NCBI GenBank assembly: GCA_038741355.1
Contig: JAVYLC010000009.1
Coordinates: 1-28,750 of the forward strand
Reading direction: 5' to 3'
Length of the DNA: 28,750 nt
Origin: Nitrososphaerota archaeon
Lineage (GTDB): Archaea > Thermoproteota > Nitrososphaeria_A > Caldarchaeales > Calditenuaceae
Shown here: positions 1 through 7,064 of the stretch, in pieces
Layout of the letters: each line of letters starts with the position of its first letter
Position numbering within the stretch: the stretch's first letter is position 1
Notes under the pieces: model-generated
Databases searched by the model: none
What the model saw: the letters and a program-made list of their open reading frames with translations, nothing else
What the model was told of the DNA's origin: nothing
Program-made: the position numbers and the translations under genes

Positions 1-205
1 CTCGGGGGTAGCCGTGCGTGCTGCCACCCCTACCCCCACTCAGGTGTTGCCGTTTGGGGGCTGCGCCGCACGTGTGAGCCCGGGTGGGCCATTTGAGGCT
101 TGAAGCCCCGCTACAGCCGCCGGCGCTACGTTCCGAGCCCCCATTCAGGCGCTGCCGTCTGGAGGGTTAGGGCGCCGCGCACAACGGCCGGGGGCGGGGA
201 CGGCA
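1..205. repeat. Two diverged tandem copies of a GC-rich unit of about 105 nt. The array may continue upstream of the window.
   Basis: The core 25-mer at 33-57 (cccccactcaggtgttgccgtttgg) matches 138-162 (cccccattcaggcgctgccgtctgg) at 21/25 positions, and all 4 differences are C/T transitions. Further colinear matches are gcgccgcac (63-71) versus gcgccgcgcac (172-182) and gcccgggtgggcc (78-90) versus ggccgggggcgggg (186-199). Confidence 0.55.
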
Positions 206-701
206 ACTCCTGATGAATACTACTGATGGTCTGCTTGACGACGTTCTCCACATCCATTCCACTTATGTTTCCCGGACACCATGGGGGTGTTTGAGAAAGG
301 TTTGTGGATGGATGCTGGAGACACGAAATGATCTTCAGAGGTTTCCGAAGACAATCCATGACGACCACAGAGTGGAGGTGTGGGGTCCTCCACCCCTCTC
401 CGAGCAGCTGAGGCTGACCCGGAGATGGTGACGGCCATTGGGAGAGGACAGAATACACCAGACAATCGATACATAGCTGTTTATGCGAATCCCAACCCAC
501 ATAGGCCCCGATAGGAGGTCCCGGCCGGAGGCATGCTCTCCGGCGGGGTTTCCCTCCTGTCGGGGAGCACGGCGGCCGAGGCCTCCCGGGAATGCCATGT
601 CCTCTGACGTGGCTGCCTCCTCGGAGGCCCGGGGGGCTTTGTTTGGGGAGGGCCCACGTGGTGGGGAGGGGCGATGCCCCGCCACGGACGAGCCGCCATG
701 C

Positions 702-1721
702 ATGGTCGTCTGCCCGGACGGCCATGCAAGTGGGGGGGTGAGAAGAAGAGGCCCATACCTTCCCAGAGATCTGAGGATTAGACTATACGAAGAGGTTAGG
801 AGGTTAAGAGGGCAGGGATTGTCGTATAATGAAATCATCGACTCGGTGAGGAAGAGTTATGGCGTTGTATTAGGGAGAGGCCAGATTAGCGAGTGGGTTA
901 GGGGAATACGCAGCCCATACAACGGCGTACGAATACCCTCGATAGGGTTTCTAAAACCATGCAGAGAACTTGCATATATTATAGGCGCCGTTGCAGGTGA
1001 TGGATACGTATGGCGGCGACAACGGCCTCGAAAATCATACCACGAAGTGTATGTAGGGTTGAAGGTTAAGGATAGGGAGTTTGCCGAGGAGTTCTCCAGG
1101 TGTCTTGCAGTAGTCTTGAAGAGAGAGCCGCCTAAACCTAGATGGAGGGTCAGACGATTCGTCGTCAAACTAGAAAGTAAGGTCCTCTACGAGCTGCTGA
1201 AGAGGCCTTTAAGGCTGGAGAAGATCAAAAAGTTTGTAGAACACTCTAACCGCTGTAAATCGGCTTTCCTGAGGGGCTTCTTCGACAGCGAAGGAAGCGT
1301 AGATGAGGACGGAGAAGTAACAGTCTGTAATACCGACTTAGCCCTGCTTGGATACGTCAAACAACTTCTCTCTTCTCTAGGGATAGAGACGACAGGACCA
1401 CATCTTTACTCAAGGCGTGGAACGGCCTTCAGAGACCCGAGGACGGGAAAAACATATAGGACTAAGAAGGACGCATATGGGTTATATGTTACCGCTGGCT
1501 CTCGGCTGATGTTCTACAATCGCGTAGGATTCACGGTGAGAAGAAAACAGCAGAGGCTGGAGAACTACCTCATAAGGACTGGACGGCTAAAACCCCCAGC
1601 CAACCCACCCCCCATCTCTTCCCAACCACATCATGATCACGATAATAATGTACAAGGTTTGGGGCCGGCCGGATTCGAACCGGCGACCTCCGCCGTACTG
1701 AGGGGCGGGGCTCAAATCTGA
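702..1721 (+). CDS. Free-standing LAGLIDADG (double-motif) homing endonuclease with an N-terminal helix-turn-helix domain. The start is uncertain: ATG 483, ATG 597, ATG 702 and GTG 738 are all in frame.
   Basis: Both LAGLIDADG motifs are present: LAYIIGAVAGDGYV and SAFLRGFFDSEGSV, each with its acidic catalytic residue. An HTH-like segment GLSYNEIIDSVRKSYGVVLGRGQISEWV precedes them. Codon composition becomes protein-like (AGA/AGG-rich, lower GC) only from about 740 onward. The first 70-85 codons of the 483 ORF are P/R/G-rich and look like translated GC-rich non-coding DNA. Confidence 0.8.
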   Translation: MVVCPDGHASGGVRRRGPYLPRDLRIRLYEEVRRLRGQGLSYNEIIDSVRKSYGVVLGRGQISEWVRGIRSPYNGVRIPSIGFLKPCRELAYIIGAVAGDGYVWRRQRPRKSYHEVYVGLKVKDREFAEEFSRCLAVVLKREPPKPRWRVRRFVVKLESKVLYELLKRPLRLEKIKKFVEHSNRCKSAFLRGFFDSEGSVDEDGEVTVCNTDLALLGYVKQLLSSLGIETTGPHLYSRRGTAFRDPRTGKTYRTKKDAYGLYVTAGSRLMFYNRVGFTVRRKQQRLENYLIRTGRLKPPANPPPISSQPHHDHDNNVQGLGPAGFEPATSAVLRGGAQI

Positions 1722-1775
1722 CCCTCGAGCCTCCCCCCGCGTCAGGGCGGCGTCATACCGCTAGACCACGGCCCC
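1660..1775 (-). tRNA. tRNA-Val (anticodon GAC) with a 44-nt canonical intron between positions 37 and 38. CCA is not encoded.
   Basis: The reverse complement reads GGGGCCG TG GTCT AGCGGTA TGAC G CCGCC CTGACG [intron] C GGCGG AGGTC GCCGG TTCGAAT CCGGC CGGCCCC A. The acceptor, anticodon and T stems are perfect, the T-loop is TTCGAAT, and the discriminator is A. Confidence 0.88.
1696..1739 (-). other. tRNA intron (44 nt) bounded by a canonical bulge-helix-bulge splice motif
   Basis: The central 4-bp helix is CTGA (positions 32-35) paired with TCAG. It is flanked by the 3-nt bulges C-G-C (5' site, cut after G37) and T-A-C (3' site, cut before C38). The outer helix is GGGG:CCCC. The intron also has an internal stem GGCTC/GAGCC. 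Confidence 0.75.
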
Positions 1776-1803
1776 AACCCGCATCAGACCTGATTCAGCA
1801 CTC

Positions 1804-1813
1804 TTTATTTTTA
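1804..1813 (-). promoter_or_regulatory. TATA box for the tRNA-Val gene
   Basis: The minus strand reads TAAAAATAAA and ends 28 nt upstream of the tRNA 5' end at 1775. This is typical archaeal TATA spacing. Confidence 0.55.
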
Positions 1814-1840
1814 GTCTTTTGCTTGTGGGGGGTAAATGTG

Positions 1841-2731
1841 TTAAAGCACCTTGGCGTGGCAGTCTATCCTAATTTTAGGCAGTTGTGAGAGACTTGTTAG
1901 CCTACCGTAGCCTATTGCCGAGAGGGCCCAGAACCTGTCGTTCACGTTGCAAAGCCAAGCCTCGGTTAGGCCTATTGTTTTCCTCCTAACCGCAAGCCCT
2001 TTTGGATGAATGGGGTAGCTTATAGCATGGTGCCCGACCTCTTCGCGGACCGGGCGCGGCTCACGGCCTATGAATACCTTATACTTTTCGAGAATCTTGG
2101 AGTGGAATTTCCTGAGCCACTGTGTTATCTCGAGTCCGAGTGCTGCAGCTGGCCCTGCCCTCTCTATCACCACCACATTATTCTCATCTTCAAGGACTAG
2201 GGAGAATGCGCCTGTGGTAGAGTTGATGGCGCTTATCCAGAGTGTAGACGGCGTGAGTATCTGGAATTCGTAGAGACTTAGGAGCATCATGCTATCACTC
2301 CGGTGGCATTTAAGACTTCTGAAGGTGTCTGCCCAATCTTCACCCTCCTGTTGAAGGTTCAGCTTGAAAAATTTCAACACACCCGCGCACGTCCAAGCAT
2401 AGGCTATAAAACGGCCACCCTCCACATAACCAGTAATCTTCAGAGCCCTGTGCCCGAATACCTCGGCTTCGTATTTTTTAACGTCTGTCCACTTCTCCGC
2501 TTGTCTACTCTTAATGAGCCTCTCAACCCACTGGAGGAGGCCGATGCCATCATAGTTTTTGGACCTGTCAACTATAAGCTCCACTCGAGGATAACCTTTG
2601 TCGGAGAATATAGAGTAGGAGCTGTGTGGCCCTATCCTCTCCGCGGCGAGCCTTAGGGTCTCAGATGCGAGAAACTCTATGCCACGCCAGCCGATAAGCG
2701 TCTGATTAGCTACATCAGACGTGCTAGACAA
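1841..2731 (-). CDS. Hypothetical soluble protein, 296 aa, with no recognisable domain. It is the last gene of the membrane-protein operon.
   Basis: This is a long ORF with normal composition. Its TTG start overlaps the stop of the upstream gene by 8 nt (TTGTCTAG), which suggests co-translation within the operon. Confidence 0.7.
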   Translation of the reverse strand: MSSTSDVANQTLIGWRGIEFLASETLRLAAERIGPHSSYSIFSDKGYPRVELIVDRSKNYDGIGLLQWVERLIKSRQAEKWTDVKKYEAEVFGHRALKITGYVEGGRFIAYAWTCAGVLKFFKLNLQQEGEDWADTFRSLKCHRSDSMMLLSLYEFQILTPSTLWISAINSTTGAFSLVLEDENNVVVIERAGPAAALGLEITQWLRKFHSKILEKYKVFIGREPRPVREEVGHHAISYPIHPKGLAVRRKTIGLTEAWLCNVNDRFWALSAIGYGRLTSLSQLPKIRIDCHAKVL

Positions 2732-3743
2732 GGCCCATCAAGGTCATAAGCGCGAAGGCAGCGGCCCACGCGGCTCCAGCCCTAATCCTCCCCAACCCAT
2801 ACACCACGTTAACTGCATAAGCTCCTAGGCCCGAAATCCAGAGCCAAGCTAAGGGAGAGAGCACCCTTCTGACATAGGTTAGGGCAACCTCATCGCTCGA
2901 CATCTCCGACAAACCCATTATTGTCGCATCAATATATCTGTAGGTTTCAACCTCGGCGGAGCTCCAGTTCAAGTGTAGTGGGGTGACTTGGGAGATGTTG
3001 AATGGGACGGCTATCCTATCCACACCATTAACCACTGCCTCATTGAGCATCAGCCCCTCAATAGTTATCCTTTGACGGCCATCCTCAAGAGCCTTCCTTT
3101 TTTCAGCATCACTCAAACTTGTGAGGTTTATTCTCAACCCCGCGGGATCTAAGACTTCCGCCTTCAGGACCAAGGCGCGCGCGGCAGGCGCATATATAGC
3201 CGAGCCGTTGGACAGTATATCTTCTCTAACACCCGCCGGGACTTCGACACCTTCATAGATCCCGGTGACGGATAGGTCACGAAAACCAACACCATTCGCC
3301 TCATAGCCATAAACAATAATAGTGGATGGGGGAAGAAGGAGACTGATCAGTGAGCCGATGGCAATGAATATGAAGAGTATGAGGAACCCATTCAGGATAG
3401 ATGAAAGGACAGACAGCAGGTTTCCATTCTTCTTTTTAAGGAAGAATGAGAAGATCCACAGCACTCCGAACAATACGCCTATGGCTAGGAAGAAGTATGC
3501 AATCTGCCGCGCAGCGACAAACCTTATGTCCACCGTGGGCGTTGGAATCTTTTCCCCAAAGATATTGATTATTTCAAGCCTAGGCAGAGATACCAACATG
3601 TCCAAAGTGATACTGGAGGCTACAACGAAGAAGAAGATGAGCATCGCTACCCCTGTACCCGGCCTCTCAGAGATCTCAGAAATCACCTTCCTCGGGCTGT
3701 ATATTATCCTGATGGAGCGCGTGAGCTGGGATGAGATAGACAT
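2724..3743 (-). CDS. Yip1-like polytopic membrane protein with a large extracytoplasmic insert
   Basis: The N-terminal region (SPRKVISEISERPGTGVAMLIFFFVVASSI) resembles the Yip1 domain entry. It is followed by hydrophobic helices, a soluble insert of about 170 aa, and a final TM helix. The ATG lies 13 nt downstream of the preceding stop. Confidence 0.7.
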   Translation of the reverse strand: MSISSQLTRSIRIIYSPRKVISEISERPGTGVAMLIFFFVVASSITLDMLVSLPRLEIINIFGEKIPTPTVDIRFVAARQIAYFFLAIGVLFGVLWIFSFFLKKKNGNLLSVLSSILNGFLILFIFIAIGSLISLLLPPSTIIVYGYEANGVGFRDLSVTGIYEGVEVPAGVREDILSNGSAIYAPAARALVLKAEVLDPAGLRINLTSLSDAEKRKALEDGRQRITIEGLMLNEAVVNGVDRIAVPFNISQVTPLHLNWSSAEVETYRYIDATIMGLSEMSSDEVALTYVRRVLSPLAWLWISGLGAYAVNVVYGLGRIRAGAAWAAAFALMTLMGLV

Positions 3744-3756
3744 GGCAGCGTTACAC

Positions 3757-4491
3757 TTAATCTACCCGCTCCTTGATAAGCCCTTTCGAGAACTCCAAGT
3801 ACCTATTCCTCTCCTCGACAGTTATTGCCCTCCAGATGAGGACCTGCTTTCTGAGATCGTCCGCAAAGAAGTAGGCCTGGGTAGCCCACATCGCGTCTGC
3901 TCCGCTAATCTTTGTCATGATTAGCTCGAAGGAGTATCTCTTTGTGGACTCCTCGTAGATGGAGGCTGTTTCTACGTGCTGGTTTATACCCTGCTCGTAC
4001 GGCGCCAGCGAGACATCCAGCCCCAGCCTCATTTCTCCCTTATCGTTCAATACAGGATGCGTGACGTCCCTCACAGTGTAGCTGGGCTTCTGCGCACCAG
4101 CGCCGACATAATACTCGTAGAGGAAGGCCATGAATGCTGCTGCTTCATCCTTGTTGTCGATGCTAAGGGGGAGTGGGAGTCGCCATACCCCCTGCTTAGG
4201 CTTTGTGGGTGGCTTCCACTTCCTCTCGAGGGAGGGTGTGACCAGCATGGCGGCAATCCTTGATGGGTAAACTGAGGCGAGCATAGCGGCCAATATCACT
4301 ATACCCAGTGAGAGCATTACGAAGATAGAGGCATAGTTAAGCGTATAAGTCTTCGGTAAGATTCCAAATTCGATGAAAGCCCTGTTTAGCACGAACCCGA
4401 TCAGATATCCGACTAGTGCACCTAGCGATGCATAGACGGCAGATTCTACGAAGAAGAGGAAGCTAGAGCCTAGGGGCGGCAAGCCTAGCAC
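3757..4491 (-). CDS. Fragment 4: C-terminal FtsX permease helices plus a cytoplasmic tail domain of about 150 aa with no recognisable function
   Basis: Read upstream in frame, the sequence is KTVGWEIVPALIVIDALNTVINLMGSV*ERRREISVYSVLGLPPLGSSFLFFVESAVYASLGALVGYLIG. This is the classic FtsX (ER.rEI..l..lG) signature. TM helices follow, with a terminal SVYPSRIAAM motif. Confidence 0.75.
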   Translation of the reverse strand: MLGLPPLGSSFLFFVESAVYASLGALVGYLIGFVLNRAFIEFGILPKTYTLNYASIFVMLSLGIVILAAMLASVYPSRIAAMLVTPSLERKWKPPTKPKQGVWRLPLPLSIDNKDEAAAFMAFLYEYYVGAGAQKPSYTVRDVTHPVLNDKGEMRLGLDVSLAPYEQGINQHVETASIYEESTKRYSFELIMTKISGADAMWATQAYFFADDLRKQVLIWRAITVEERNRYLEFSKGLIKERVD

Positions 4492-4571
4492 GGAGTAAAC
4501 TGATATCTCCCTCCTCCTCTCCTACACACTTCCCATGAGGTTAATTACGGTATTGAGCGCGTCGATAACTA

Positions 4572-7064
4572 TCAGCGCCGGCACAATCTCCCACCCAACA
4601 GTCTTAAAGCTTGTGACTGGGAGCCCCTGTATGTTGAGCCTCCTTCACCAACATACACTGCGAGGTCTGTAACCATGCTTAAGTCTCTGGCGAGCTGGCG
4701 CATACTCTCGCTGGATTCCCCCTCCGCGGGGTAGATGTTGTATGATGCAGTGTACCCCCCAAGGCTGGTAACTAGTCCATATGGAGCGATAACTAGCCTA
4801 TCCCATGAGAGGGGCGGCGGGATCTGCTGTGCAGGAACTGTTGCCCCGAATGCGATGGACCCGACATAGTAGGGGTTTATAGGCGCCATTGAGAAGCCGC
4901 TGATCTCGAACAGCCTTTCAGCTTCCGCAGTCGAATAGATGCCTACCACTTTTAATGGTAGGCCCATGGCGTAGAGCCGGTCGCCAATCTTCACTCCGAG
5001 CATCTCTGCTAACGTGTCGGGGACGAGTATCTCGTAGGCATACTCTCCACTGAAGATGCTACTTTGGTTGTCCGACCGAATTATGCAGCAGGCTCCTAGT
5101 TGTATGGCCGAGTTGTTCTCCTTTTTTACTAGATGCGCAATAGTTCTCTCAAGGTCAGGCCCTGCGAGACCGAGTAATGCATGGATGTTGTAGAAATCTC
5201 CTGAGAGTGGGTCTTTGCTGAACTGGAGTATAGGTCCCACCGCAGGGTAGATTGAGGCTGGATAGTACCATGCCCTAGCTGCCACCACCATGCCCTGCGC
5301 CTCGTAAGCCTTCAGCACTTCGCGCCCCTCATCACCCATGACGCCGCCAACTGGAATGCCATAGCCAATCCTCACAGAGATCCCGTCTGTTGGTGCACTC
5401 TGTGGTAGCGAGGGAAATGCAACTTCAACTGAGGGGGCCACTGAGGTGAAGATTGAGAGACCGAGCGTCACACCTATAATTGAACCGATTATCAGCGTAG
5501 TTCTCAACCTCCTTCTCCTCATGTTCTCGATGGCGGTATTGTATGCGACGGCCATTATCCCAACCCGACCTATCTCAAGGACATGAGACCCAAGCATTCT
5601 GTAGGATATACTGCGCCTTACGCGTTCAACCTCGTTACCCAGAACTGAGAGCACGATTATGTACAACACTATTGTTAGGAGGCCGAAGACTGCCATGAGA
5701 GCCGTGCTCATAACGCTGAATGCTGGATGAACCTCGGTGAAGATTAGGAAGAGGACGGCGCCTACAGATATTATTGATAGAAGCCTCTTCTTGCCTTCAG
5801 TGTGTATAACTAACCGCTCTACGAAGACGCCGCTCAAGACTATCAGGCCTATAAAGAATAGGCTTGTGTTTGAAGAGTCGTTTATAAGCCCCATAACCTC
5901 GTTGTATGCCCTATAGGCCCAGCCCCACGCAAGCATCGAGTAGGACTGGAAGAGGGCGTACTTTTTGTTGGAGTAGGCCTCCTCGGCCAGACGTAGGTAC
6001 CTCTCCACCTGCTCCAGCTTCTGCTCGATGCTGATGGTCTTAACATTCTTGGAGCTCAGGGCGTCGTACCTGCCCTTGGCAATCCTGTACATGTCAAGTG
6101 CAATCCTATAGGCCGTATTGTAGACTACCAGTTCATGTTCAGACTTGAAGCCGACACCCTCCGTCTCCCTCTCAGTCGAGTTTACGAGGGCTATGAATGG
6201 TACACGGGAGAGGGCGACCCCAGCTCCACCAAGCCTGCCTAGAACCATGAAGACCTCACCCGGCTGTGTGAATACCGTCCCCACGGACTCGTACATATTG
6301 TAGTAAACTCCGTAGAAGAGCAGGTCACCCTTGATCCGGAAGTTGAGTGGGATTATCTGGGCTCCGGCTGTATGATACCACCCGCCTCCGAGTCCAGCTT
6401 GCCCGCCTGTCGTCGGCGCAGCCCACCCTGCCAAGTGTGGATCAGGCATCAGTGCCGGCCTAAAATTGATGAGATCTATGACATCGAAGATGTAGGTTGG
6501 CACAGCTCTGAAGACGACGATCGAGACCTCGTCATAGGGGGTGAGGGGAGATATCGTCGGCGGAATCGACTTAGCACCATAGATGCCTAGGTCTGGGGCG
6601 TATACTATCTCTCCAGTCTCATCGTCGAATCCCCACGCCTCGATGAAATATCTGCCACCAGGGATGAATGGGTAGGGTGCAAGACCCTTAATTGTGAAGA
6701 CTCCATTCTCGTCGGCGAATGTCATCATCTTGTTGAAGGGGTATGGTAATGGCCAGTATCCCGCGCTGAGGGCGCCTATCGCCACTCCACCTCCATAGGC
6801 GATTCCGGCTGTAGGTGTGAAGCCGACGTAGACCCTGACTAGGAGTTTGGGAACGGGCCTATACCATCCGACAGATGCGTTATAGGTTATAACCTTCCCC
6901 CTCAGCTCTATGAAGCCGGCATATTCTGCAAAGCCCCCAGGCTGTATGAACAGGCGTGTAGGTGAGACACTCTGCCAGCTGATCCCCAAACTTTTCTCAT
7001 TCAGAAATGAGTCGATGATGTGGGCTATTGTATAGAGCTGAGGATGGAGGCGCTCCAGATCCAT
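4572..7064 (-). CDS. Fragment 3: extracellular beta-sandwich region, a TM bundle and a MacB-like periplasmic domain
   Basis: GVFTIKGLAPYPFIPGGRYFIEAWGFDDETGEIVY resembles a CarboxypepD_reg fold. Several TM helices follow (FFIGLIVLSGVFV, VGAVLFLIFTEV, AVFGLLTIVLYIIVLSVLG, TTLIIGSIIGVTLGLSIF), then a soluble domain of about 270 aa. Confidence 0.7.
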   Translation of the reverse strand: MDLERLHPQLYTIAHIIDSFLNEKSLGISWQSVSPTRLFIQPGGFAEYAGFIELRGKVITYNASVGWYRPVPKLLVRVYVGFTPTAGIAYGGGVAIGALSAGYWPLPYPFNKMMTFADENGVFTIKGLAPYPFIPGGRYFIEAWGFDDETGEIVYAPDLGIYGAKSIPPTISPLTPYDEVSIVVFRAVPTYIFDVIDLINFRPALMPDPHLAGWAAPTTGGQAGLGGGWYHTAGAQIIPLNFRIKGDLLFYGVYYNMYESVGTVFTQPGEVFMVLGRLGGAGVALSRVPFIALVNSTERETEGVGFKSEHELVVYNTAYRIALDMYRIAKGRYDALSSKNVKTISIEQKLEQVERYLRLAEEAYSNKKYALFQSYSMLAWGWAYRAYNEVMGLINDSSNTSLFFIGLIVLSGVFVERLVIHTEGKKRLLSIISVGAVLFLIFTEVHPAFSVMSTALMAVFGLLTIVLYIIVLSVLGNEVERVRRSISYRMLGSHVLEIGRVGIMAVAYNTAIENMRRRRLRTTLIIGSIIGVTLGLSIFTSVAPSVEVAFPSLPQSAPTDGISVRIGYGIPVGGVMGDEGREVLKAYEAQGMVVAARAWYYPASIYPAVGPILQFSKDPLSGDFYNIHALLGLAGPDLERTIAHLVKKENNSAIQLGACCIIRSDNQSSIFSGEYAYEILVPDTLAEMLGVKIGDRLYAMGLPLKVVGIYSTAEAERLFEISGFSMAPINPYYVGSIAFGATVPAQQIPPPLSWDRLVIAPYGLVTSLGGYTASYNIYPAEGESSESMRQLARDLSMVTDLAVYVGEGGSTYRGSQSQALRLLGGRLCRR

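Noticed and set aside
30-95. Possible 5S rRNA on the minus strand (GCCCACCCGG...GGCAACACC resembles the start of crenarchaeal 5S as I remember it)
   Set aside because: The similarity is limited to two short blocks. The remainder lacks the conserved loop C/helix III-V sequences (for example CCCGGAAGTTAAGC), and the length and helix pattern do not fit. My recollection of the reference is also approximate.
211-229. C/D-box sRNA (TGATGA at 211-216, CTGA at 223-226, TGATGG at 224-229)
   Set aside because: The C-to-D' spacing is only 6 nt, whereas about 12 nt is needed. There is no terminal D box with a closing stem.
126-838. Overlapping ORFs of 84-199 aa on both strands (126-725, 220-474, 335-838 and 481-756 on the minus strand; 213-431 on the plus strand)
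   Set aside because: They overlap each other in several frames, and most are dominated by P/R/G/S/W. None has a recognisable motif. This is the pattern expected when stop-poor GC-rich non-coding DNA is translated.
1-1660. An rRNA-type archaeal intron carrying the LAGLIDADG ORF
   Set aside because: No 16S or 23S conserved exon sequence is recognisable on either side. The downstream flank is a tRNA on the opposite strand followed by protein genes.
1660-1721. SSV-type integration, with a split integrase gene overlapping the tRNA 3' half
   Set aside because: The overlapping ORF is a LAGLIDADG endonuclease, not a tyrosine recombinase fragment. I found no second copy of the tRNA 3' half (an att duplicate) within 1-1650.
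3322-3924. 200-aa plus-strand ORF overlapping the Yip1-like gene and the FtsX tail
   Set aside because: It lies antisense to two minus-strand ORFs that have coherent membrane-protein features. Its own sequence is compositionally odd and has no motif, so it is a shadow ORF.
4522-4524. Recoding of the in-frame TAG as pyrrolysine or programmed read-through
   Set aside because: Pyrrolysine machinery is not known in Crenarchaeota, and none is in the window. The same gene carries three independent frameshifts, so decay or error is the simpler explanation.
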